NCBI GenBank assembly: GCA_963750165.1
Contig: CAVVPN010000012.1
Coordinates: 480,001 to 544,000, forward strand
DNA: 64,000 nucleotides
Source of the DNA: an uncultured Gemmataceae bacterium
Lineage (GTDB): Bacteria; Planctomycetota; Planctomycetia; Gemmatales; Gemmataceae
Direction of reading: 5' to 3'
The notes under the pieces are model-generated. The model was not told the DNA's origin. It did not search any database and saw only the letters and a list, made by a program, of their open reading frames with translations. The position numbers and the translations under genes were made by a program. Positions within the stretch are counted from its first letter, which is position 1, and each line of letters opens with the position of its first letter. Shown piece by piece: positions 1-9,879 of this stretch.

Positions 1-289
1 TGAACGTGACCATCACCAGCATGATCGCGGTCAGGCCGTCGGCCCGCAGCGTGACGCTGATGTCCACGTCGCCGGCCGCGAACCACGTCACCCGCGTCGT
101 GTGCAGGGCCTCGGGTTCGGTGTTGCCGGCCACCTGCGCGAAGATGACGACCGACAGCACACACGCCCCGGCGGCGCCGAGGACGCACGGCCAGTGCGCA
201 TGCTCCCTGAGCCAGTCGCGGCCGAAGGTGATGACGATGGCGCCCAGCAGTGGCAGTGCGGGGATCAGCCAGAGCAGTTCGTTAGACAT
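1..289 (-). CDS. nuoL: NADH-quinone oxidoreductase subunit L, 5' part (runs off window)
   Basis: ATG at 289 gives MSNELLWLIPALPLLG..., a typical NuoL N-terminus, directly after nuoK. Confidence 0.85.
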   Translation of the reverse strand, partial: MSNELLWLIPALPLLGAIVITFGRDWLREHAHWPCVLGAAGACVLSVVIFAQVAGNTEPEALHTTRVTWFAAGDVDISVTLRADGLTAIMLVMVTF

Positions 290-710
290 GGCTGCTCTCC
301 TGGGGCTGCGGCGGCTCGATGCCGGAGGGCGTCAGCCGCGGCAGGGCCGGCACGGGCGGCGGCGGCGGCAGCGGCTCCTCGTCCACAACGGGCAGCTGGT
401 CGGCCTCGCGCAGGTCCTGCCAGACGCTCACGTCCAGGGTCTTGCGGCTGCGGAAGAGCACGACGAACAGCGCCAGGGCAAGGGCCGCCTCGCAGGCGGC
501 GACGGTCAAGATGAACATCGTGAACACCTGGCCCTGCAGGTTGCCGCGGTAGCGGGCAAACGCCACCAGGTTGACCGCGACGCCCTGCAGCATCATTTCC
601 GCGGACAGGAACATGATGATCATGTTGCGCCGCGTCAGGAAGCCGATCAGGCCCAGCACGAACAGGATGGCGCCGACGATCAGGTAATCGTGGAGCATCA
701 CCGGGGTCAT
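282..710 (-). CDS. nuoK: NADH-quinone oxidoreductase subunit K with Pro-rich C-terminal extension
   Basis: RRNMIIMFLSAEMML and TVAACEAALALA motifs. Confidence 0.95.
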   Translation of the reverse strand: MTPVMLHDYLIVGAILFVLGLIGFLTRRNMIIMFLSAEMMLQGVAVNLVAFARYRGNLQGQVFTMFILTVAACEAALALALFVVLFRSRKTLDVSVWQDLREADQLPVVDEEPLPPPPPVPALPRLTPSGIEPPQPQESSHV

Positions 711-1790
711 CGCAGTCCCTCCGTCCGCCGGCCGGCAATGACGATGGCGCCAATGGTGGCGACCGTCAGCAGCACGCCGGCCAGTTCCAGCGGCAGCAGG
801 TAGTCGGTAAACAGCGACCGGCCCAGCGCCGCGACATTCTCGGCCGGCAGCCGCTCCTCGACGCGGCCCTTGTCGTCGAGCTTCACCGGCTCCGCCGCCG
901 AGGCGCCGCTGAACTTCGACAGCGGCAGCTTGTCGGAGGGCCGCACAGCGCCCAGTTGCACGCGCACCTGCAGGCCGACCTTGTGGATTTCCTCAAGGTC
1001 TTGCTTGACCCCCTTCACGTCGAAGCGCGGGTTGTTGAGTTTTTCGTCCAGTTCATTCAGCGTGTCGAACAGCATGCGCCGTTGCGTGCCGGTGGCGCCG
1101 AGGATGCGGCGGTTCTTCTCCGCTGGCGAGCTGCCGCCCTCCAGCAGCGTGCTGAACTCCTTTTTGACATCCTCGTACTTGCCGAGGGCCTTGCGGATGC
1201 CGGCCTCGTCTTCGGCCTTCGCCGCGGCGTCGATGCGCGCCAGCAGATCGTCGAGCGGCAGGGTGTTGTAGTTGCGCTGCAGCACGGCGAGGATGCAGGC
1301 CAGCAGCACGAAGCCGGCGACGCACGCCAAAAACGGCTCGCGCGCCCGCTGATCGGCGTCGGACGGGCCTTCCTGCTGGGCGAGCATGATGACGAACAGG
1401 AACGTGACGATAATCGCCCCGGCGTAGATGATGACGGTCGCGGCCATGAGGAACGGGGCGGCGTTGAGCAGGAACAGGCCGCAGGTGCTGAGCACAACCA
1501 GCGCGAACGCCAGGGCGGAGTGAACGGGGTTGCGCGAGAATCATCAGGCCGCCGCAAAGGATGGCGATGCCGCTGAAGGCGTAGAACAGGATGGTTTCCG
1601 CCCAGCGGGCCTCGGCGCGGACGAGGAAGCCGGCGACCGCCGCCAGGGCCAGGCCGCAGCAGACGCCGCCCCACAGCAGCGGATAGCGGCGCACGCGCGG
1701 CATCAGCAGATAGACGCCCGCCAGGCCGAGGACGCTCGGCAGCAGGATCGGCCAGAAGGCGGTCAGAAAGTCGGTGAAGCGTTTGTCCAT
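707..1790 (-). CDS. nuoJ: NADH-quinone oxidoreductase subunit J; apparent frameshift near 1535; large soluble insertion
   Basis: MDKRFTDF... N-terminus in one frame; NPVHSAL, IIYAGAIIVTFLFVIML and LFTDYLLPLELAGVLL in another. Confidence 0.9.
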
Positions 1791-1803
1791 GGCTTTACTC
1801 TTG

Positions 1804-1835
1804 CTCCCCTCGCCCCCTTCAGGGGGAGAGGGGAG
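1804..1835. repeat. Palindromic repeat CTCCCCTC...GAGAGGG; related copy at 20373-20418
   Basis: Inverted repeat in the nuoI-nuoJ gap, similar to the element between pdxH and tsaD. Confidence 0.65.
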
Positions 1836-1842
1836 ACAGAAA

Positions 1843-2394
1843 TCACGTCGCCGGCTCGGAGGCAATGCTCAGCGGGCCGCGGTGTGTGCGCACCGGGTCG
1901 GTGCCCGCCTTGACGGTCTCGTCGAAGACGCTCAGCAGTTTTTCCTTGTCGAACATCATCTCCTGGCGGCTCAGGCCGGTCAGGTCGGCGAGGGTGGTCA
2001 ACTCCACCGCGTCACAGGGGCAGGCCTGTTCGCACATGCCGCAATAGATACAGCGCAGCTCGTCAATGACAAAGGTTTCCGGATATTTTTCGCGGTCGGG
2101 CCACGGCGACGGCGCCGCCACAATGTCGATGCAGTGCGCCGGGCAAGCGGTCGAGCACATGTAACAGGCGACGCACTTGACGCGGCCCTGCTCGTCACGG
2201 TTGAGCCGGTGGACGCCGCGGTAGTTCGCCGGCAGGTGCGGCTTCTGTTCCGGGTACTGCTGCGTGATGGCCGGCCCGAACATATGTCGCACCGTCGTCT
2301 GCAAGCCCTCGAAGATCGCCGGCAGATACAGCTTCTCCAGCAGGCCGATCTTCGGCTCCTGCACCCATTTCACGTCGTTGTCATTGATCGCCAC
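1843..2394 (-). CDS. nuoI: NADH-quinone oxidoreductase subunit I
   Basis: Two 4Fe-4S motifs CVACYMCSTACP and CIYCGMCEQACP; GTG start after AGAGGA. Confidence 0.95.
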   Translation of the reverse strand: MAINDNDVKWVQEPKIGLLEKLYLPAIFEGLQTTVRHMFGPAITQQYPEQKPHLPANYRGVHRLNRDEQGRVKCVACYMCSTACPAHCIDIVAAPSPWPDREKYPETFVIDELRCIYCGMCEQACPCDAVELTTLADLTGLSRQEMMFDKEKLLSVFDETVKAGTDPVRTHRGPLSIASEPAT

Positions 2395-2531
2395 GGCCAC
2401 TCCTCTCTCGCCAGGTTCCGCCGTTCCCCGCAAGCGGGCTGGGCGGTATAATTCAGGTAGTGCCACGGAGGGCTTTCATCTCGTTTCATTTCACAGACCC
2501 CCTACCAGCACCTGGGGGGGCCAGAGATTCC

Positions 2532-3689
2532 CTACCTCGCCGCCACCTCGGGCCGATGGTCGCCGATCACTTCCCGGCGCGGCGGCGGCAGCGCCGGCAG
2601 CGACCCCACCCACGCGGCCCCAACCAGCAGCACCAGCGAGTAGGGCAGCAGCCACCACGCACTCAGTCCCAGTTCCAGCACCACCATCGCGCCCACCAGG
2701 TTCAGCAGCGCCAGCGGGATCAGCACCTTCCACGCCAGGGCCATTAACTGGTCGAAACGGAAGCGCGGAATCGTCCAGCGGATCAGCATGTAAAAGACAA
2801 TGAACAGGCCCATCTTGACCGCGAAGACAATCACCTTGATGAGCCAGAAGGCATCCGCTTCCGCGAACCCCCAGAAGTGCCAGCCGCCGAAGAACAGGAT
2901 CACCATGATGAAACTCGAGGTGACCATGTTCGTGTACTCACCGATGAAGAACAGGCCCAGCTTCAGGGCGCCGTACTCGGTGTGGTAGCCGCCGATCAGC
3001 TCCTGTTCCGCCTCGGGCAGGTCGAATGGCAGACGGTTGCACTCCGCGAAGGAACTAATCATGAAAATCAGGAACGCCAGCGGCTGGTAACAGACGTACC
3101 AGACGCGACCATCCGCCGCCTGGCGGCCGATGATGCGCTCCAGGTTCAGCGAGCCGCTCAGCAGCACGACACCGAGGATCGACAGGCCCAGCGGGATTTC
3201 GTAGCTGACGATCTGGGCACTGGAGCGGAGCGAGCCGAGAAAGCTGTACTTGTTGTTGGACGACCAGCCGCCGAGGATGATGCCGTAGACCGCCAGGCTG
3301 GAGACCGCGAACACGAAGACAATGCCGATGTCCAGCCCCGGGGCGATGGCGAACGGATAGTCCTTCGGGTTGCCCGGCTCGGTCGGGGCGCCGAACGGCA
3401 CCACCGCGAACGCCAGCAGGGCGGTGCCGACGGAAATGCACGGCGCCAGCAGGAACAGAACCTTGTCAGCCCGGTCGGGGATCGGGTCTTCCTTGAGCAG
3501 GAACTTCAGGCCGTCGGCCAGCGGTTGCAGCAGCCCATACGGGCCGACGCGGTTGGGGCCGATGCGGTCCTGCATCCACGCGGAAATCTTGCGCTCCAGC
3601 ATGACCAGGTAAGCGCAGGTCGTCAGGATGACAGCCAGCACGCCGACGATGGTCAGCAGGGTGTAGATGCGGTTGAACTCGTACATCAT
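2532..3689 (-). CDS. nuoH: NADH-quinone oxidoreductase subunit H
   Basis: ERKISAWMQDRIGPNRVGPYGLLQPLADGLK and NRLPFDLPEAEQEL. Confidence 0.97.
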   Translation of the reverse strand: MMYEFNRIYTLLTIVGVLAVILTTCAYLVMLERKISAWMQDRIGPNRVGPYGLLQPLADGLKFLLKEDPIPDRADKVLFLLAPCISVGTALLAFAVVPFGAPTEPGNPKDYPFAIAPGLDIGIVFVFAVSSLAVYGIILGGWSSNNKYSFLGSLRSSAQIVSYEIPLGLSILGVVLLSGSLNLERIIGRQAADGRVWYVCYQPLAFLIFMISSFAECNRLPFDLPEAEQELIGGYHTEYGALKLGLFFIGEYTNMVTSSFIMVILFFGGWHFWGFAEADAFWLIKVIVFAVKMGLFIVFYMLIRWTIPRFRFDQLMALAWKVLIPLALLNLVGAMVVLELGLSAWWLLPYSLVLLVGAAWVGSLPALPPPRREVIGDHRPEVAAR

Positions 3690-3725
3690 GGCATTCACCA
3701 GCCGCTGGTAATCGTCGTTTGCCCC

Positions 3726-3838
3726 GTTGTGGCACGGTCTCCTGACCGTGCCACCGCCCCGACCGAAGGTCTCCTCCGGGATGCTCGGGGAGACCTTCGG
3801 TCGGGCCCCGTGGCCTGGTCCGGAGACCAGGCCACAAC
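3726..3838. repeat. Composite palindromic repeat GTTGTGGC...GCCACAAC; shorter copy at 43387-43422
   Basis: Nested inverted repeats in the nuoG-nuoH gap. Confidence 0.7.
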
Positions 3839-3883
3839 TTGGCGGCCCGCCTGCACAAAACCGGAGCAGGCGGGCCGCCTGCA

Positions 3884-5530
3884 CTACGGAAGAAGCACGC
3901 CGTATTCGCCGAGATCACCCGACGCCAGCGGCGCGAAGTACGGCACCGCCTCGGCCAGTTCCTTGCGCAGCGTTGGCGCGTGCAGCAGACCGCGGCGCTG
4001 CATCAGGTCGAGAGCAATCTGCCCGTCCGTGCGGCTCGCCGTCCGCACCGCCCAGCGCAGCCCCTGCGCCAGCCCGGCGTGGTTGACGAACGTGCCCTCC
4101 TTCTCCGCGAAACTCGCCGCCGGCAGCACGTACTTCGCCGCCGCGGTCGCCGCGTTCTGGAACAGATCCTGCACCACCAGCAGCGGCACCTGCTTCAGCT
4201 GCGCCGCCTGTTCCTCGCTGACCCAGTGGCCGGCCCGCGGCGAATAGCCCGCGGTCACGTACAGCGCTCGCAGCTCGCCCGCGCCGGCCGCCCGCAGCAC
4301 CGCGTCCCAGCCGATGACCTCGCCCTGGAAGTGCTTCAGGATCGCCTCGACGCCGCGACGGTTCGGGCACTTCTCCGCGCGGATGGTGAACTTGACCGGC
4401 TGAATCGGGTTGCCGCGGCGGTCCTTCGGGTAGGTGTCGTCCTGACCGATCACCGGCACGTGGCCCAGCGCCAGCCGCACGTCCGACGACAGGCCCTTGA
4501 AGTAGCGGGCGAACAGGTACGCCTCCTCGCAGGTCAGGAACGGCGACAGCACCGCCATGACGCGCTGGCCCTCGCCCCTGGCCGCGGCCGCCAGCTCCGC
4601 CCGCAGCTCCGGCAGCACCGTTTCCCAGCCAGCCGCCGGGCCGGTGCCGTTGCCGGTCGCGCGCGTCTGCGGCTGTAAAATGCGGCTGCGCTCGTTGATG
4701 TACGGGATGTCGAAGCGGCCCTCGTCGCACATGAAGTAACCCTGGGCCTGCGGGTTCTCGCGTGGCCGCAGCCGATACACCATATCCTTGTTGTGATCGA
4801 CGTGGATGCTGCAACCGGTGCTGCAATCGGGGCAGACGCTGGGCGTGTCCTTGAGGAACCAGACACGCTGCTTGTAGAGAAAATCCTTGCTGCACAGGGC
4901 GCCGACCGGGCACAGGTCCACGACGTTGCCGGCGAGCTTGTTGTTGCACGGCTCACCGGGAAAGATGTCGATCTCCGAGTGGTCGCCGCGGTTGACGACC
5001 AGCAGCTCGGCGGTGCCGGAAATCTCGCGCGTGAAGCGGACGCAGCGCGAGCACATGATGCAGCGGTCGGCGAACAGGGTGATGTGTTCGCCGATGTGCG
5101 GCTTGTTCGGCGGCGTGTTTTTCTCGTCGATCATGCGGCTGGTGGCGCGGCCGTAGCCGAACGAGAAGTCCTGCAACATGCACTCGCCGGCCTTGTCGCA
5201 GACGGGGCAGTCGAGCGGGTGGTTGAGCAGCAAATCTTCGAGGGTCTGCTCCTGGGCGCCGCGCGCCTTGGGGCTGTTGGTGACAACGACGGTGCCGTCC
5301 TTGGCGGGCGTCTGGCAGGCGGGCACAACGCGCGGCTGCATGGCGACGGTGCCATCGGGTTTTTTCTCGCCGACCTCGACCAGGCACATGCGGCAGCTGG
5401 CGACGACGGTCAGCGCCGGGTGCCAGCAGTAGCGCGGGATGAACACGCCCACCTTCTCCGCGGCCTGGATGAGGTTCAACTTTTCGTTGCCGATGTCCAC
5501 CGGCTTGTCATTGACGATCACGACTGCCAT
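3884..5530 (-). CDS. nuoG: NADH-quinone oxidoreductase subunit G (short form, 548 aa)
   Basis: CRMCLVE, HPLDCPVCDKAGEC, CIMCSRC and CPDCSTGC Fe-S motifs; operon position. Confidence 0.93.
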   Translation of the reverse strand: MAVVIVNDKPVDIGNEKLNLIQAAEKVGVFIPRYCWHPALTVVASCRMCLVEVGEKKPDGTVAMQPRVVPACQTPAKDGTVVVTNSPKARGAQEQTLEDLLLNHPLDCPVCDKAGECMLQDFSFGYGRATSRMIDEKNTPPNKPHIGEHITLFADRCIMCSRCVRFTREISGTAELLVVNRGDHSEIDIFPGEPCNNKLAGNVVDLCPVGALCSKDFLYKQRVWFLKDTPSVCPDCSTGCSIHVDHNKDMVYRLRPRENPQAQGYFMCDEGRFDIPYINERSRILQPQTRATGNGTGPAAGWETVLPELRAELAAAARGEGQRVMAVLSPFLTCEEAYLFARYFKGLSSDVRLALGHVPVIGQDDTYPKDRRGNPIQPVKFTIRAEKCPNRRGVEAILKHFQGEVIGWDAVLRAAGAGELRALYVTAGYSPRAGHWVSEEQAAQLKQVPLLVVQDLFQNAATAAAKYVLPAASFAEKEGTFVNHAGLAQGLRWAVRTASRTDGQIALDLMQRRGLLHAPTLRKELAEAVPYFAPLASGDLGEYGVLLP

Positions 5531-5581
5531 GAATTGGCTCCCGCCCCGGTAACGCGGACACCGCGGCCCGCGAGAACTTCG

Positions 5582-6134
5582 TCACTTCTCCCCCCGCTTC
5601 CGCAGCTTTGGTTTGCTGGCGAACTCCGCAGCCGTCACCTGCTCCACTTCCCCGTTGGCGTACACAACCCAGCCGCCACTCTCGGGCGTGTTTTTGTCAT
5701 ACGCCAGCACGGGGAAGCCCTCTGGCCCGGGGGGCACCATCTCGTCGGGGCTGATCCCGTAGACGAACACCACCGAGCCGTCCGCGAGCGCCTCGTACGC
5801 GCCGGGCGTTTCCGTCAGCAGCGGCCGCAGGTCCTCGGCCTTCGCCGGCGCCCGCTGCTCGTGGGTTTTCACGTAATCGAAGTACGCCAGGCCGATGGCC
5901 AGCAGTTGGTTCTTGCGCTGAGTCTTCACCGCGGCCTCGCGCATGCGCTGCAGGCCGATGAATCCGCCGACGCCGCAACAGCCGCACAACAGCACCACGC
6001 CGCCGATCACGGACACCAGGATCATCGTGGTGTTGCGTTTCTTCGGTTCCGTGTCGTCCGGGCGGCGCCGGCGCAGTGCGGCCCTCGTCTTCTGGGAGCG
6101 GCTCGTCCGTAAACTCGTCGTGGTCGCGGCTCAT
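5582..6134 (-). CDS. Small membrane-anchored protein with DUF1559-like motif; apparent frameshift near 6080
   Basis: Charged N-terminus, TM helix, QRKNQLLAIGLAYFDY and C-terminal VVYANGEV; paralog of adjacent gene. Confidence 0.6.
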
Positions 6135-6143
6135 GCTTCCCCC

Positions 6144-6563
6144 TTACTTCGCTGGCGCCCCGGCGTTGATCAGTTCGTTGAACTTGACCGTATTCATCCA
6201 CTCCACCGACCCGTCGCCCCGGGCGACGGCGCCGTCTCTGGTCAGCACGGACTTCTCGTACGCCAGCGCGCAGCGTGGGCCGCCCCACGCCACGATGTCG
6301 CGGCCGCTCGTGCCATAGATGACCAGCACGCTGCCGTTCGTGATCGCCGTCTTCGCCTCGGGCAACAGCATGAACTCCTGCAACTCGGTAGCGTTCTCCG
6401 GCGGCTTCGAGTGCTTGGTCTCGTACTGGAGGTACGCCTGGCCAACATCCTTCAAGATATTCCTGCGCCGCTCCTGGTCCGCAGCGGTCTTCCAAAACCC
6501 GGCGCAGCCGAGCAGGATCAGCACCCACAGGACGCACGCCACGATCACCACGACTTTTCGCAT
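6144..6563 (-). CDS. Small exported or membrane-anchored protein with DUF1559-like motif
   Basis: Hydrophobic N-terminus, RRRNILKDVGQAYLQY and VARGDGSV; GGAG RBS. Confidence 0.65.
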   Translation of the reverse strand: MRKVVVIVACVLWVLILLGCAGFWKTAADQERRRNILKDVGQAYLQYETKHSKPPENATELQEFMLLPEAKTAITNGSVLVIYGTSGRDIVAWGGPRCALAYEKSVLTRDGAVARGDGSVEWMNTVKFNELINAGAPAK

Positions 6564-6579
6564 GACCGTTTCTCCTGCG

Positions 6580-6647
6580 GGCGAGCGGCGCGGCGTCAGC
6601 CCGCCGTGTCTGGCGCTGCACGGCGGGCTGACGCCGCGCCGCTCGCC
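6580..6647. repeat. REP-like palindrome family A (GGCGAGCGGCGCGGCGTCAGCCCGCCG); copies at 11628-11713 and 53216-53283
   Basis: Long inverted repeat, three intergenic copies. Confidence 0.85.
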
Positions 6648-6654
6648 TTCATCT

Positions 6655-7986
6655 CTAATGCGCCCCCACCAGCGCCGGTCCCTCAATCCGACGACCGCTG
6701 CGAATGTACTCCTCCAGTTCCGGCCGAAATTTCTGAATCGCGTTCTTGACCGGCCAGCCCGCGCCGTCGGCCAACCCACAAATCGTCGTGCCCGGCATGA
6801 TGCCGATGTTCTTCGCCACGTCGTCCAGGATGCGCAGGTCTTCCAGCCGCCCCTGGCCGTGCCGCAGCCGCGTCACGATCTTGCTCATCCAGCCGGTGCC
6901 CTCGCGGCAGGGCGTACACTGGCCGCAGGACTCGTGCTGGAAGAACCTGCAAATGTTGTACAGGACATCAACGATGCTGGTTTCCTCGTCGAAGACCGTG
7001 ACCGCCGCGGTGCCGAGGCCGAGACAGTTGACCTTGCCGGGGCCGTTGAAGTCCAGCGGCGTGTCGAACTCCTTCTCGGTCATGATGCCCATGCTGATGC
7101 CGCCGGGGATCGCCCCTTTCGCCTTGCGGCCCTTCCAGACGCCGCCGCCGTATTTGTCCACCAGCTCGCGGACGGTGACGCCGAGTGGCAGTTCGACGCA
7201 GCAGGGCTTGTTGACGTGGCCGCTGATGCAGTAGAGCTTGGGGCCGAAGCTGCCGGCGTCACGCGGGTTCTTGGGGTCGGGCGGCACACCCATGCTCTTG
7301 AACCAGTCCGGGCCGCGGTCGATGATGTGCGTCACGCACGCCAGCGTCTCAATGTTGTTGACGACGGTCGGCTTGCGGAACGCCCCTTCCACGGCGGGGA
7401 ACGGCGGCTTGATGCGCGGCCACGCACGCTTGCCTTCCAGGCTCTCGATCAGGCCGGTTTCCTCGCCGCAGATGTACGCGCCGGCACCGCGGTGCATGTA
7501 GCAATCGAGGTGGAAATCCTTGCCGAGGATGTTGCGGCCGAGCAGATTATTGGCGTACAGTTCGTCGATGGCCTTCTGGAAAGCGCGAAACGCCCGGCCG
7601 TATTCGTAGCGAACATACACATAAGCGACGCTGGCGCGCGTGGCGTAGCAGGCCAGCAAAATGCCTTCGAGCACCTGATGCGGATCCTCTTCCATGAGGA
7701 TGCGGTTGTTGAAGGTGCAGGGTTCGCTTTCGTCGGCGTTGACGCAGAGGTAAATGGGGCCGGGATGGTCCTTGGGCAGGAACGTCCACTTGACGCCGCA
7801 GGGGAAGCCGGCGCCGCCGCGGCCGCGCAGGCCGGACGCCTTCACGGCGTCGGTGACCTGGGCCGGGGCCATCTCGTTCAGCGCCTTCTGCAGGGCGCGA
7901 TAGCCACCGTCGGCGCGGTAGCTCGCCAGCGAAGCGCTGTCGGGCTTGCCGACGCGGCGGAGCAGCACGGGTTCAAACTCAGCCAT
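6655..7986 (-). CDS. nuoF: NADH-quinone oxidoreductase subunit F
   Basis: GLRGRGGAGF, NADESEP, GAYICGEET and ESCGQCTPCREG. Confidence 0.97.
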   Translation of the reverse strand: MAEFEPVLLRRVGKPDSASLASYRADGGYRALQKALNEMAPAQVTDAVKASGLRGRGGAGFPCGVKWTFLPKDHPGPIYLCVNADESEPCTFNNRILMEEDPHQVLEGILLACYATRASVAYVYVRYEYGRAFRAFQKAIDELYANNLLGRNILGKDFHLDCYMHRGAGAYICGEETGLIESLEGKRAWPRIKPPFPAVEGAFRKPTVVNNIETLACVTHIIDRGPDWFKSMGVPPDPKNPRDAGSFGPKLYCISGHVNKPCCVELPLGVTVRELVDKYGGGVWKGRKAKGAIPGGISMGIMTEKEFDTPLDFNGPGKVNCLGLGTAAVTVFDEETSIVDVLYNICRFFQHESCGQCTPCREGTGWMSKIVTRLRHGQGRLEDLRILDDVAKNIGIMPGTTICGLADGAGWPVKNAIQKFRPELEEYIRSGRRIEGPALVGAH

Positions 7987-8007
7987 GATCCACTCAGGTT
8001 CAAATCT

Positions 8008-8108
8008 TTAGCCACAGAGGACACAGAGAACACAGAGAGAAATACCAAAAACTAAATCACCAACTTCTCTGTTTTTCTCTCTGTGTTCTCGGTGTCCTCT
8101 GTGGCTAA
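8008..8108. repeat. Palindromic element with 9-mer periodicity (ACAGAGGAC/ACAGAGAAC); relatives at 16474-16572, 32359-32473, 51670-51757
   Basis: Inverted arms built from short tandem units around an AT-rich spacer. Confidence 0.75.
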
Positions 8109-8112
8109 TTCA

Positions 8113-8592
8113 TTATGATTGTAATTGACGCAGCAACCCATCCACCTTGTCCGGCGTCACGTTATGCACTGCCTCATCATTCACGAGCACCGCCGGCGCC
8201 CCCTCGCACTGACCGATGCACTCCGCGAACTCGACCGTCACCTTGCCGTCGGCCGTCGTGCCGCCCGGCTTGACGCCGAGCTTCTGGCACACGTTGCCCA
8301 GCAGATCATCGCCACCGCGGATCATGCACGCCAAACTGCGGCACACCCACAGCCGCGTTCGGCCCAGCGGGTTTTCGTCCTCGCGGAAGAAACCGTAGAA
8401 CGTCATCGTGTCGTGGACCTCCGCCGGGCTCAGGTCCAGCAGGTCCGCGATCTCCCGCACCGCCTCCCGCGGCACACAGCGCAGCTCGTCCTGCACCAGA
8501 TGCAGGGCAGGCAGCGTCACCGCCTGCTTGTGCGGATAGCGCGGCAGATACGCCCGGATTTTGTCCTTCAACGCCTCGCTCAGCACGCTCAT
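8113..8592 (-). CDS. nuoE: NADH-quinone oxidoreductase subunit E
   Basis: VCRSLAC...ECIGQC 2Fe-2S motif. Confidence 0.95.
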   Translation of the reverse strand: MSVLSEALKDKIRAYLPRYPHKQAVTLPALHLVQDELRCVPREAVREIADLLDLSPAEVHDTMTFYGFFREDENPLGRTRLWVCRSLACMIRGGDDLLGNVCQKLGVKPGGTTADGKVTVEFAECIGQCEGAPAVLVNDEAVHNVTPDKVDGLLRQLQS

Positions 8593-9806
8593 CGGTCTAG
8601 CTCCGCCGCGATGATGTTCAGGCTGCCCAGCACTGCCACGATGTCACTTAGCTGATGGCCGACGATCAGGTACGGGAAGATCGCGAAATGGATGTACGAC
8701 GGCGGCCGTGTCCGTGCCCGATAGGCGACGCCCGTGCCATCGGAGACGACGTAAAAGCCCAGCTCGCCGTTGGCCGTCTCGTTGGCGCCGTATACCTCGT
8801 CCACCGGCGGCTTCCACTTGCGGTTGGTCATCGTCAGCTCGAAATGCTGGATCAGGCTCTCGATGCTGCGATAGGTTGCCAGCTGGTCCGGCAGCACCGC
8901 CTTGCTCTCGGTATCGACGTTGACCGGGCCGCTCGGCAGGTTCTCGATGGCCTGTTGCACGATCTTCAAACTCTCCAGCATCTCATCCATGCGCACGAGG
9001 TAGCGGGCGAAGCAGTCGCCCTCCTTCGAGCAGACGACCTTGAAGTCGAAGTCCTTGTAAGCGAGGTACGGCTCATCCTTGCGCAGATCGCGGACCACGC
9101 CGCTGGCGCGAGCAACGGGCCCGGTGGTGCTCAGATTGATGGCGTCCTCGCGCGACAGCACACCGATGCCCTTGGTGCGCTCGATGAAGATACGGTTGCG
9201 GTTCAGCAGCCGGCACACGTCGGCGTGCGCCTTCGGGAAATTCTTGATGAAATCGCGGACCTGGCCGATGAACTGGTCATCCACATCGAACGCCAGACCG
9301 CCGACGCGCGTGTAGCTGGGGTGGAAGCGCTGGCCGGAGGCGGTCTCGAAAATGTCGTAGAGCTTTTCGCGCTGGTTGAAGGCGTACAGGAACGCGGTGA
9401 AGCCGCCGAGGTCCAGCGCCGCGGCGCCGACGCAGAGCAGGTGGTCGCTGATCCGCGCCAGCTCCGCGAGGATGGTGCGCAGGTACTGGCAGCGCGGCGT
9501 CAATTCGATGCCCATCAACAGCTCGACCGCGTGGTGCCAGGCGATCTCATTGGCCGTCGGCGAGATGTAGTTCATGCGATCAACGATGGTGACATACTGG
9601 TTATAGTCGAGATCCTCGCCGAGTTTCTCGAAGCCACTGTGCAGATAGCCGATGTCCGGCACCGCCTTGACCACGGTTTCGCCGTCCAGCGTCAGGATGA
9701 GGCGCAGCGTGGTGTGCGTGGCCGGGTGCTGCGGGCCGAAGTTCAGCGTCCAGAGATATTCCTTCTCGTCGGCCGCGGCGTCGGCGTGGACCAGTTCGAG
9801 TGGCAT
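8589..9806 (-). CDS. nuoD: NADH-quinone oxidoreductase subunit D
   Basis: LNFGPQHPATH, IGYLHSGFEK and C-terminal ELDR. Confidence 0.97.
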   Translation of the reverse strand: MPLELVHADAAADEKEYLWTLNFGPQHPATHTTLRLILTLDGETVVKAVPDIGYLHSGFEKLGEDLDYNQYVTIVDRMNYISPTANEIAWHHAVELLMGIELTPRCQYLRTILAELARISDHLLCVGAAALDLGGFTAFLYAFNQREKLYDIFETASGQRFHPSYTRVGGLAFDVDDQFIGQVRDFIKNFPKAHADVCRLLNRNRIFIERTKGIGVLSREDAINLSTTGPVARASGVVRDLRKDEPYLAYKDFDFKVVCSKEGDCFARYLVRMDEMLESLKIVQQAIENLPSGPVNVDTESKAVLPDQLATYRSIESLIQHFELTMTNRKWKPPVDEVYGANETANGELGFYVVSDGTGVAYRARTRPPSYIHFAIFPYLIVGHQLSDIVAVLGSLNIIAAELDR

Positions 9807-9820
9807 GGCGTCTTTCCTTC

Positions 9821-9877
9821 GTGGGGCAGACATTCCTGTCTGCCAACCTCAACGGCAGGCTGGAAAGCCTGCCCCAC
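9821..9877. repeat. REP-like palindrome family B (GTGGGGCAGACATTCCTGTCTGCC); copies at 10388-10444, 25552-25607, 27814-27870
   Basis: Four intergenic copies, each an inverted pair of about 24-nt units. Confidence 0.9.
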
Positions 9878-9879
9878 GT

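Noticed and set aside
2446..2452. TATAAT on the + strand between nuoH and nuoI (antisense promoter)
   Set aside because: No convincing -35 box or downstream feature
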